Positions 18,447-25,478 of a stretch of 32,000 nucleotides of DNA are shown in pieces. The stretch is from Candidatus Poseidoniaceae archaeon (lineage in GTDB: Archaea; Thermoplasmatota; Poseidoniia; Poseidoniales; Poseidoniaceae). Both the position numbers and the translations under genes were made by a program. The notes below the pieces were generated by a model. It was not told the DNA's origin. It saw nothing but the letters and a program-made list of their open reading frames with translations, and ran no database searches. How positions within the stretch are numbered: position 1 is the stretch's first letter; each line of letters starts with the position of its first letter. Location: the NCBI GenBank assembly GCA_943789275.1, contig CALSTM010000001.1:480001-512000 (forward strand), read 5' to 3'.

Positions 18447-19481
18447 ATGGCAATGACCACCCTCATAGTGTACGCATCAATTGCTCTTGGAGTCTCCTTT
18501 TTGTGTTCAATTCTTGAGGCAGTCGTCCTCTCAATCCCTCACACATACATTGCTGTTCTTGAAAAGGATGGAGACAAGAACGGTGCTGTATGGGCCAACC
18601 TCAAAGAAGATGATGCGGTTAAGCCACTCACAGCCATATTGACTCTCAATACAATTGCTCACACAATGGGTGCAGCCGGGGTTGGTTCAGAAGTCCAATC
18701 CATTTGGGGAGAAGGTGCTCTGACCATTGCTTCAATCATTTTGACCATTGCCGTGTTGTTCCTTTCGGAAATCATTCCAAAAACTCTTGGAACTGCATAT
18801 TGGAAACAACTTGCTCCAATAACCGGTAAACTGCTTGGGGTAATCGTACGTGTTCTTGCCGTACTCATCGTTCCAATTCAAATCCTCAAAACAATCTTGC
18901 CCAAAGGGGACCACACGCTGGTCACTCGTGATGATGTAGCCGCACTCGCTGATTTAGGGGGCGAAGAAGGAATCATCGAAGAAGACGAAGAAAAAGTGAT
19001 TCAAAACCTCCTCAAGCTTCGTGATATCAAAGTTGTTGATATTATGACTCCACGTGTCGTAATGACTTCGTTTCAATCTAGGAGTACCGTAAAAGAGGTT
19101 CTGGATGAGCACAAAATCATCCGCGTTTCAAGGATTCCTGTTTACGACGACACCATTGATGATTCATCAGGCATTGCCATTCGGTCTGAAATCTTGATGT
19201 CTGCGAGCCGCGATGAATGGGATAAGCCAATGAGCGATTTCAAGAAGCCTGTTATTTCATTGAAAACCTCTGCTAATGTGGATGAGGCGCTCGAAATGTT
19301 CCTCGAAAAGCGTCAACAGTTTGCATTGGTACGGGATGAATTTGGAGGGACTGCAGGAATTGTTACCATGGAAGATGTTCTCGAAACCCTGCTCGGCGAA
19401 GAGATCGTCGATGAATTGGATGTCGTTGACGACATGCGAGAACTGGCACGCGAAAAGGCAGATTACTCAGAGCAAGAGTGA
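18447..19481 (+). CDS. CNNM/CorC-family transporter (DUF21 TM domain + CBS pair; no CorC_HlyC C-terminal domain)
   Basis: Four N-terminal TM helices with 'AILTLNTIAHTMGAAGVG' and 'EIIPKTLG' (DUF21 hallmarks). These are followed by two CBS motifs ('IMTPRVVM...RIPVY', 'ALVRDEFGGTAGIVTMEDVLE'). Confidence 0.9.
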   Translation: MAMTTLIVYASIALGVSFLCSILEAVVLSIPHTYIAVLEKDGDKNGAVWANLKEDDAVKPLTAILTLNTIAHTMGAAGVGSEVQSIWGEGALTIASIILTIAVLFLSEIIPKTLGTAYWKQLAPITGKLLGVIVRVLAVLIVPIQILKTILPKGDHTLVTRDDVAALADLGGEEGIIEEDEEKVIQNLLKLRDIKVVDIMTPRVVMTSFQSRSTVKEVLDEHKIIRVSRIPVYDDTIDDSSGIAIRSEILMSASRDEWDKPMSDFKKPVISLKTSANVDEALEMFLEKRQQFALVRDEFGGTAGIVTMEDVLETLLGEEIVDELDVVDDMRELAREKADYSEQE

Positions 19482-20465
19482 ATCGAACGATTCCAGCCAC
19501 GCCAACAAGAGATGTTCGCGCTCCGTATTCTTACGTGCACCTGAATGTGTAAGCGATTCGATGAGATGATGAGTGAGTGCATAATCCTCTCCTGCATGAA
19601 GCACCAATGCATCATAATGCGCACGGCCAAGTCTGTTGTCGTTCATCGATTGAAGGCAAAGCATAGGTGCATCAGGAAGTCCCCATTCCGGGACGTCAAA
19701 CTGTTGCAATGAATCCGTGGCAACAATTTCAGGATGCATCATCTGCACATCTCTGTAGAGGCGCTTAAGATGCATCGAGCGCAATATTTTCGGGATGCGT
19801 AAGTGTTTGCAAATTTCATCGAGGATATGTGAATAAAGCGTGAGGGGTGATTCCATGATCACGCCAGAGATATTGAATCCAAGTGGTTCAGTCTGTTGAC
19901 TCGAAAGTCGAGAGCACATGTAGCCGCCCATGCTGTGACCGTACAAGAACACGGGAGCTGGTTCAGATACCGAAATGTATGTTCGAATATTTCTTAGATG
20001 GAAGCCGATGTGTTCGGCAGAGGTAATGGCATTCCATCTGTGAAGAGGTGATGATTGGCCATGGCCAGGTAGTTCGAGGAGGACGACATTCCATTTTTTC
20101 TCTACAAACCAAAGAGCGCGGTCTTCGATTGAGGCCGACGTACTACGCCAACCGTGAATAAAAATGATAAGAGGATTCTCCGGAGCAGATGAATGCACCT
20201 GAATGTGTGTTTGGAGGCCTTTATGAACTCCGAAATGGGATATCCACTGGCTTCCTTGAGCCGAATTTTTGGGTTGAAGTGGGCGAATAAAAATGGCCGT
20301 GACCATAAACTCAAGATACGCATTAAAGAGACATACAATCGTGCAAATCGCTCCGACAATCAACATTGGAATAGAGGGTTCGGCAACAATGAGCAGCACA
20401 CATACGAGAACAAAAGTAAGCAGCCATAATTGTGTACGTAGCCACTTCCGGTGAAGGAAAATCAT
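19467..20465 (-). CDS. Membrane-anchored alpha/beta-fold hydrolase
   Basis: Two N-terminal hydrophobic helices. 'LIIFIHGW' is an oxyanion-region-like segment. Nucleophile elbow 'GHSMGG' (GxSxG). Late 'D' and 'H' candidates complete a possible triad. Its 3' end overlaps the convergent CNNM gene by 15 nt. Confidence 0.75.
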   Translation of the reverse strand: MIFLHRKWLRTQLWLLTFVLVCVLLIVAEPSIPMLIVGAICTIVCLFNAYLEFMVTAIFIRPLQPKNSAQGSQWISHFGVHKGLQTHIQVHSSAPENPLIIFIHGWRSTSASIEDRALWFVEKKWNVVLLELPGHGQSSPLHRWNAITSAEHIGFHLRNIRTYISVSEPAPVFLYGHSMGGYMCSRLSSQQTEPLGFNISGVIMESPLTLYSHILDEICKHLRIPKILRSMHLKRLYRDVQMMHPEIVATDSLQQFDVPEWGLPDAPMLCLQSMNDNRLGRAHYDALVLHAGEDYALTHHLIESLTHSGARKNTEREHLLLAWLESFDSLLL

Positions 20466-20478
20466 TCAAACACCGGAA

Positions 20479-21408
20479 TCATTTTGATTTTTTATCCGTC
20501 TTCGAATCTGCTTTCGATCCAGAATCTCCACTGGCATCGTCGACTTTTACTTCATCCGTTTCGATATTTTCAGCAAGTGTTGCTTTTTCCAGTTCAGCTT
20601 CCTTTGCCTTATCTTCACGCTTGAGTTTCTTCTCGGCTTGGCGCTGGGAATATCGGTCACCGTAACTACCCATGCTCTCAAGTTTAGCAATAAATGCAGA
20701 AGTTTCTTCACCAGCAACAGGAACGTGCTTTACCAGGTATGCGCCGAAAAGAGAATCATACAATCCTTGCTTGAGATCGCTGCGACTCTTGAAGGAAGTA
20801 TTCACGAAATATACTGCAATGAATGCAATACCGAGGAAGGAAAATACGGATGCAGTAATTTGCTCAGAACCCTTCGTGCCTAAAACAGACTGCAAATTGA
20901 CAAGCAAGAATATGACGCCAGTTAAAGCAAATATGCCTGTTGAGTTTACCAATAATGCGTGGAGGAAAATTGGTTTATTACCTGAAGAATTGACATTTTT
21001 CGTACGGGATACAAAGTTTCCAAGGGTTCTACCCGACATCACTGGCACGACTACCAAGTTGAGAATCAGTGCGATAAGGGCGATAAGAGCAAAAATCGTC
21101 GTGAAAGCATCGAGAATTGTCACTGAGAAAAGGAACATGAAAATAGGTCCCAAATTAACAACGAAGTTGGTAAACCATGCAATTCGGCGCGCGTTTGCAG
21201 ATGCAATTTCAAAGTTTTCTGGCAATCCTTGCGGTCGTGCTTTTACTGCCTTCGCAACAACAGGTTCTGCGATTTGAACTGGAGCGGGTGATGCTGCCTT
21301 TGCTTTGGGCACTGCCTTGGCGACTGCCTTTGCTTTTGGGACTGCTTTCGCAACTGGCTTCTTAGCCGCCTTTGATCCAACATCGCTTGCCTTGTCGAGT
21401 AATCCCAT
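20479..21408 (-). CDS. RDD-like polytopic membrane protein with N-terminal Lys/Ala/Pro-rich (histone-H1-like) tail and C-terminal Lys/Glu-rich tail
   Basis: N-terminus 'KAAKKPVAKAVPKAKAVAKAVPKAKAASPAP'. The core has 'ARRIAWFTNFVVN', 'SGRTLGNFVSRTK' and 'LYDSLFGAYLV', placed like the R/D/D landmarks of RDD-family proteins (weak, by eye). Four hydrophobic segments. ATG lies 12 nt after the upstream stop, with a GGAAGTGGA motif. Confidence 0.65.
   Translation of the reverse strand: MGLLDKASDVGSKAAKKPVAKAVPKAKAVAKAVPKAKAASPAPVQIAEPVVAKAVKARPQGLPENFEIASANARRIAWFTNFVVNLGPIFMFLFSVTILDAFTTIFALIALIALILNLVVVPVMSGRTLGNFVSRTKNVNSSGNKPIFLHALLVNSTGIFALTGVIFLLVNLQSVLGTKGSEQITASVFSFLGIAFIAVYFVNTSFKSRSDLKQGLYDSLFGAYLVKHVPVAGEETSAFIAKLESMGSYGDRYSQRQAEKKLKREDKAKEAELEKATLAENIETDEVKVDDASGDSGSKADSKTDKKSK
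21296..21355. repeat. Tandem 2 x 30-nt intragenic repeat encoding VAKAVPKAKA x2
   Basis: gcctttgctttgggcactgccttggcgact (21296-21325) versus gcctttgcttttgggactgctttcgcaact (21326-21355), read directly. It lies in the AKP tail of the 20479..21408 gene. Confidence 0.8.
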
Positions 21409-21420
21409 TCTTCCACTTCC

Positions 21421-22383
21421 TTACTGTCCATCACCGCTGCCCGGTTGATAGAGGGTTGCTACTGAACTGTAGACTTGAAATCCAGGTGATGCAACAAATG
21501 AGTTGATAGAATCTTCATCCATATTCCCAAGTTGAGCATCAACAATCGATACGAATTGTGAACGAAGACCGTCATCTGCAGCACTCGGGTTTTCACCAAC
21601 TTGTTGATAGATAGAGAAATCCGCACTCGCAATGAAGTCTGAAACAATGTCTTCTGGAAGGGCAGAACCGAGTAAATCATCGACAATCGATACGAATTCA
21701 ATGAAAACATCTTCGCCAGAGTCTTCGGCCACTGCAGCTTCTTGAACTTCAGTTGTTGAAGAATCTCCATCGTGAAGCATGGCCTTGATCGATTTACGTT
21801 CATTCATGAGACTTTCAAGAATTGGTCGAAGTTGTGAAAGTACCGCAGAGTCGCCCGATGCTTTAGCAGCCTGATATTCGGGTCGAAGTGTGCGGATTTC
21901 GTCTTCAATTGCTGAAAGTTGTGTTTGAAGGTCACCATCGTCTTCTTCAAGAAGTTGTACAACTGGAGCATCGCGTATCTCCGAGAGTTTTGCTTCACGG
22001 TCCTTCTTCCGCAACACAACGATTTCACGGTCTAGAGAATGGCCAAAACGGTCAGCATATCGGTCCAACAGTGAACCCGTATCTTTCTTGCTCAATCGGT
22101 CGATGTGACCGTAGATTTGTTGGAGTGGTTTGTCAGAGCGTTTTGCCCACATTTCGCCGTACTCGTTTGAAGCGACTGGTGCAGGAGACGGTGCCTCAGG
22201 CAAGGGCATAGGAGCAGCGGGGAGTGGTGCAGGTGCCGGTGCCTCAGGAAGAGGCAGTGGAGTTGGTGCGTCCGGAAGCGGTAGAGCTCCAGGCGGAAGC
22301 GGCATGCCCGGTAGCGGTGGAAGTGGCATACCCGGTGCTGGAGGGTTCTGAGCGTTCTTTTTCTTGCCTTTGCGTAGACCCAT
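21421..22383 (-). CDS. Hypothetical protein: basic N-terminus, ~56-aa proline-rich tract, coiled-coil region, twin ~33-aa C-terminal repeats
   Basis: 'PPAPGMPLPPLPGMPLPPGALPLPDAPTPLPLPEAPAPAPLPAAPMPLPEAPSPAP' is about half Pro. The heptad-like region 'LQTQLSAIEDEIRTLRPEYQAAK' follows. Repeats 'FVSIVDDLLGSALPEDIVSDFIASADFSIYQQV' and 'FVSIVDAQLGNMDEDSINSFVASPGFQVYSSV' have a 16-nt identical DNA core at 21542-21557 and 21683-21698. ATG 22383 is preferred over the GTG at 22392. Confidence 0.65.
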   Translation of the reverse strand: MGLRKGKKKNAQNPPAPGMPLPPLPGMPLPPGALPLPDAPTPLPLPEAPAPAPLPAAPMPLPEAPSPAPVASNEYGEMWAKRSDKPLQQIYGHIDRLSKKDTGSLLDRYADRFGHSLDREIVVLRKKDREAKLSEIRDAPVVQLLEEDDGDLQTQLSAIEDEIRTLRPEYQAAKASGDSAVLSQLRPILESLMNERKSIKAMLHDGDSSTTEVQEAAVAEDSGEDVFIEFVSIVDDLLGSALPEDIVSDFIASADFSIYQQVGENPSAADDGLRSQFVSIVDAQLGNMDEDSINSFVASPGFQVYSSVATLYQPGSGDGQ

Positions 22384-22478
22384 GCGGTTCACCTCTAAAC
22401 GGTTGGAAGCGGATGGAGTCTTGAACCTTACCTCTTAATCTGCACAAGATAACCAAAGTTCAAACCTCTCTGAAGCCG

Positions 22479-23693
22479 TCAAGATACAATTTCTGCCCAA
22501 CCTTTCAAAACGAGGAAAGTCGCACCCGCTTCATGGATCTCAAAACGCTCACCCGTCTGTTTGTCAAAGACTTGATCACCAAACTGGCAAATTGAATCAT
22601 CGACGATCATTTCCACTTCAAGCATGTCTTGGGTGCTGAGTGCAAGCGCTTCATGCAATGCAGAATATCGATTTGAACCATCGGGGTCGAGACGCTCAAG
22701 AGGAAACTCACTTACCCGCATTCCAGATTTCCCATGAAGCGAAGTAGGCCAACGAATTTGCCGTCGTACGTCAATCGTAACCACTTCATCGGTTTCACCT
22801 GCAGAACCTAAAACCACTGACGCATCAGTTTTCAATAAATCCAGAAAGAGTCCCTCGTATTTTTCGAGAACTCCAAAACTGCCGTTGCGTAGTCGTTCAG
22901 CCCGAGCATCATGATTAACGACCTGTGCCAAACTCTGAATTGAACCCTTACCTTTGGTAGAAGTACGGCCTTCTCGTTGAGATTGCGAGAGAAGACCCTG
23001 GTGAAGCGATTCAAGTTCTCCACTGAATCCTTGGTCTTTGCGAGCAATCATACGCAGTTTGTCAATCATATCTCCCATACCGTTGCGTATCCTTCTGGTC
23101 CAACCTTCTGAAGTCAAGTCGTGGTAACGAGCTAATCCTCCCTTGACATCCACGCCTTCGCCGCGTATGTACGAAACCATTTCTCTACGCGCTTCGGAAT
23201 CAAGGTGGAAGAGCGAAGGGTCTCGATAGTGCAGGTGGAAACCACGATGGCCAGAAAAAGTAACTTGGAGGTATTTTTCATCAAAGCCAAATTCAGGTTG
23301 CAAAAAATCATTCCATAAGGACCAAGCTTGTTCTTGAATGACTTGAATCATGCCGGGGAAATCACGGTCTGTTACACCAGGTAAGTGGTCACCGTCCAAA
23401 TCAAAAATAAGGTCGGCGCCGAGCCAATTTTTGTCAGACATTTTCATTTCAAACGGCCGTTCCCAGTAAGCGGTTGAATAGAAACATGAATGCATTGAAC
23501 GTTCTGTGATGAATTGGCGGACTGCATTCATGTCACTGAATCCCTTATGCCGAATGGGAGGTGAACCACCGAAAGGAATGAACATCCATTCACGGGTCTT
23601 CAAACGAGGAGGTGTCCAAAATTCTGAACTTCGATAGTAGGTACCGAAGCGATGTGCAAATCGTGCCCAACCTGCTGCCATAGAATACCCCAT
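22479..23693 (-). CDS. priS: DNA primase small (catalytic) subunit PriS
   Basis: AEP-superfamily motifs: 'LIFDLDGDH' (DxD), 'FSGHRGFHLHY' (sGxRGxHxH), and a later 'IDVRRQIRWPTSLHGKSG'. 404 aa. Confidence 0.9.
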   Translation of the reverse strand: MGYSMAAGWARFAHRFGTYYRSSEFWTPPRLKTREWMFIPFGGSPPIRHKGFSDMNAVRQFITERSMHSCFYSTAYWERPFEMKMSDKNWLGADLIFDLDGDHLPGVTDRDFPGMIQVIQEQAWSLWNDFLQPEFGFDEKYLQVTFSGHRGFHLHYRDPSLFHLDSEARREMVSYIRGEGVDVKGGLARYHDLTSEGWTRRIRNGMGDMIDKLRMIARKDQGFSGELESLHQGLLSQSQREGRTSTKGKGSIQSLAQVVNHDARAERLRNGSFGVLEKYEGLFLDLLKTDASVVLGSAGETDEVVTIDVRRQIRWPTSLHGKSGMRVSEFPLERLDPDGSNRYSALHEALALSTQDMLEVEMIVDDSICQFGDQVFDKQTGERFEIHEAGATFLVLKGWAEIVS

Positions 23694-23730
23694 TAATGGC
23701 GAAAGGGTGAGGGTTATTGAACAAGCCGAA

Positions 23731-23937
23731 TCATTCGGTCATCCAGAATCGTTCTTCGGCTTCACCGACTGTTGTCGAAGTATCTGCACCTGTTGCTTCA
23801 ACGTAATGGTCCCAGCACATGTAGTACTTACCGACAACCATTGCGTTACCGAAAGTGAGGCGCATTCCACATGATTCACATCGAGGTCCGATTTCGCCGT
23901 TTGGCGCTTGGGCGAGTGTGATGTGGTCGTGTGGCAT
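23731..23937 (-). CDS. Small putative zinc-binding protein (68 aa)
   Basis: 'CESCG-x19-CWDH' forms a CxxC...CxxH pattern. ATG 23937 is preceded by GAGGG 6 nt upstream. It fills the gap between the DOHH-like gene and priS. No family recognised. Confidence 0.4.
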   Translation of the reverse strand: MPHDHITLAQAPNGEIGPRCESCGMRLTFGNAMVVGKYYMCWDHYVEATGADTSTTVGEAEERFWMTE

Positions 23938-23994
23938 AGAATCCCTCTGTTTCACCGGAAGAGCATTGAGTCTTTGAACTTGAGGTTCATTTCA

Positions 23995-24489
23995 TCACCA
24001 TTCTGCATTTTCCCATTCGCTGGTCGAACACCAGTTCAGTAAATCAATAGCTACTTCACAGGATTCTGCAACTTCCGGATTTTCATCGTGAAGAAATTCT
24101 TCAAGCACCGGTTTTGCTTTGAGATTCCCGATTGCTCCGAGTGCTTCAGCTGCCTCATGGCGGACCATTATGTGCTCACCAGCGTCACTTAGTCGCTCAA
24201 TCAAAGCAGGCAAAGCAGTATCGTTTTGCATTTGACCCAAGACGTAGGCTAATTCGTGGCGCAGAAGGGCGCTGGATGCTGAGAAGCCAGAACAAAGAGC
24301 CAAACATGCCTCATCTGAACCAAGATTGCGCAGTGAAAATACACTTCTCATACGCTGAAACATAGGAAGTGATTCATCACACAAAGTAGCAGCCCATGAA
24401 GTGACATCACCTTTGAATTCTGCAGGAGCGGGATCAACTGAACCGTATTGGCTCACACCGGGCATCCGCTTTTCGACGGTCATGTCCAT
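23995..24489 (-). CDS. HEAT-repeat protein resembling one half of deoxyhypusine hydroxylase (4 HEAT repeats, 2 His-Glu motifs)
   Basis: 'FQRMRSVFSLRNLG', 'SALLRHELAYVLGQMQNDTALPALI', 'IMVRHEAAEALGAIG', 'PEVAESCEVAIDLL'. These are near-identical to the human DOHH half-repeat motifs as I recall them. ATG 24489 shares one base with the upstream gene's stop (TGATG). Confidence 0.8.
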   Translation of the reverse strand: MDMTVEKRMPGVSQYGSVDPAPAEFKGDVTSWAATLCDESLPMFQRMRSVFSLRNLGSDEACLALCSGFSASSALLRHELAYVLGQMQNDTALPALIERLSDAGEHIMVRHEAAEALGAIGNLKAKPVLEEFLHDENPEVAESCEVAIDLLNWCSTSEWENAEW

Positions 24490-25373
24490 CACTCATTCGA
24501 TCCGATAAAAGCCATACTGGCGGTGTCAAAATCATCCTGAATCATTCCGATGGCTTGACCTTCGTTGATGAATTGACGCACGGAAGCACGACCTTCCTTT
24601 TCATAATCGATGGTTCGGTCATTCACATACATTCCAACGAATTTCCGGTTGGTATCGTCGTCAATCCCCCGACCCCATTTTTTGGCAAACTCAAGTGCTT
24701 CACCAGGAGACTTAAGAGCAAACTCAATGCTCATTTTTGTGTACTTGGTGATGTCCTCCATCACCTCTTGGCCTAGATCACGTCGCACGACGTTACCGCC
24801 CAAGGGCATTGGCCAACCGTCTGTGCGCTCATTCCACCAAACACCGAGGTCAACATGGACCTGGAGATTATGATCAACATAGGTTAATTGCCCCTCGTGT
24901 ATGATAAGTCCGCTCTTGTAGGTTCCGTCGAGAACTCTCGGTATGATTTCGTCAAACGGTACAACCGCAATATCGCAATCGCCCCAAGCAAGACGGAGAC
25001 CAAGATATGCACTGGTTTTCAACCCAGGGACTGCAATGGTTGACGAACGAACTTCTTCCGTTGATGTATCTGCTAGGGAGACGACCATTGGACCGTACCC
25101 TTCACCCATAGAAGCACCACAGTTCATGAGTGCATAATCCTTCGAAATTTCGGGAAAGGCATGAATCGAAACTGCCGAGACTTCCAATTCACAGTTCATT
25201 GCCCGATGGTTGAGTGTTTCAATGTCTTGCAATTCATGAACGAAATTATAGCCCGGTGTTGGAAAGGCACCGGTTGTCATGGCGTGAAACATAAAGGCGT
25301 CATCAGGATCTGGAGAATGGCCAATGCGTACTATCTTGTTTCCGTTTTCGTCGAGAGGTAACTCTGCCATCAT
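24489..25373 (-). CDS. MqnA/MqnD family (PF02621-type) protein, MqnD-like (1,4-dihydroxy-6-naphthoate synthase candidate)
   Basis: 'RIGHSPDPDDAFMFHAM' at the N-terminus and 'GLIIHEGQLTY' (the HE-type motif I associate with MqnD rather than MqnA). Start is probably ATG 25373 ('MMAELPL'), preceded by GGTGGGAG; the track start 25412 is also an ATG. Confidence 0.7.
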   Translation of the reverse strand: MMAELPLDENGNKIVRIGHSPDPDDAFMFHAMTTGAFPTPGYNFVHELQDIETLNHRAMNCELEVSAVSIHAFPEISKDYALMNCGASMGEGYGPMVVSLADTSTEEVRSSTIAVPGLKTSAYLGLRLAWGDCDIAVVPFDEIIPRVLDGTYKSGLIIHEGQLTYVDHNLQVHVDLGVWWNERTDGWPMPLGGNVVRRDLGQEVMEDITKYTKMSIEFALKSPGEALEFAKKWGRGIDDDTNRKFVGMYVNDRTIDYEKEGRASVRQFINEGQAIGMIQDDFDTASMAFIGSNE

Positions 25374-25436
25374 GGTGCTCCCACCGACGCGACCTTGATG
25401 AACCAACCGCATGAAATGAGAACAAAATGAAACAAC

Positions 25437-25451
25437 GAATACGAAGTATTC
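25437..25451. repeat. Perfect inverted repeat GAATAC-gaa-GTATTC in the divergent intergenic region
   Basis: Read directly. It lies ~28 nt upstream of the ATG at 25479 and ~64 nt upstream of the minus-strand ATG at 25373. It could arise by chance in an AT-rich spacer. Confidence 0.35.
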
Positions 25452-25478
25452 AAACCTTAGTGGGGATTGGAGAAACTG

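Noticed and set aside
20672-21277. 201-aa plus-strand ORF opposite the RDD-like membrane protein
   Set aside because: The minus-strand frame gives coherent TM helices, an SD-like motif and tight operon spacing. The plus-strand product has no features.
22130-22351. Gly/Ser/Ala-rich 73-aa plus-strand ORF
   Set aside because: It is the antisense reading of the proline-rich (CCN) tract, a low-complexity artefact.
13046-23693. Inteins or self-splicing insertions in PAN, MetRS or PriS (common archaeal intein hosts)
   Set aside because: Protein lengths are normal, the conserved motifs are contiguous, and no Cys/Ser...HN-Cys/Ser/Thr splice-junction blocks or endonuclease motifs were seen.
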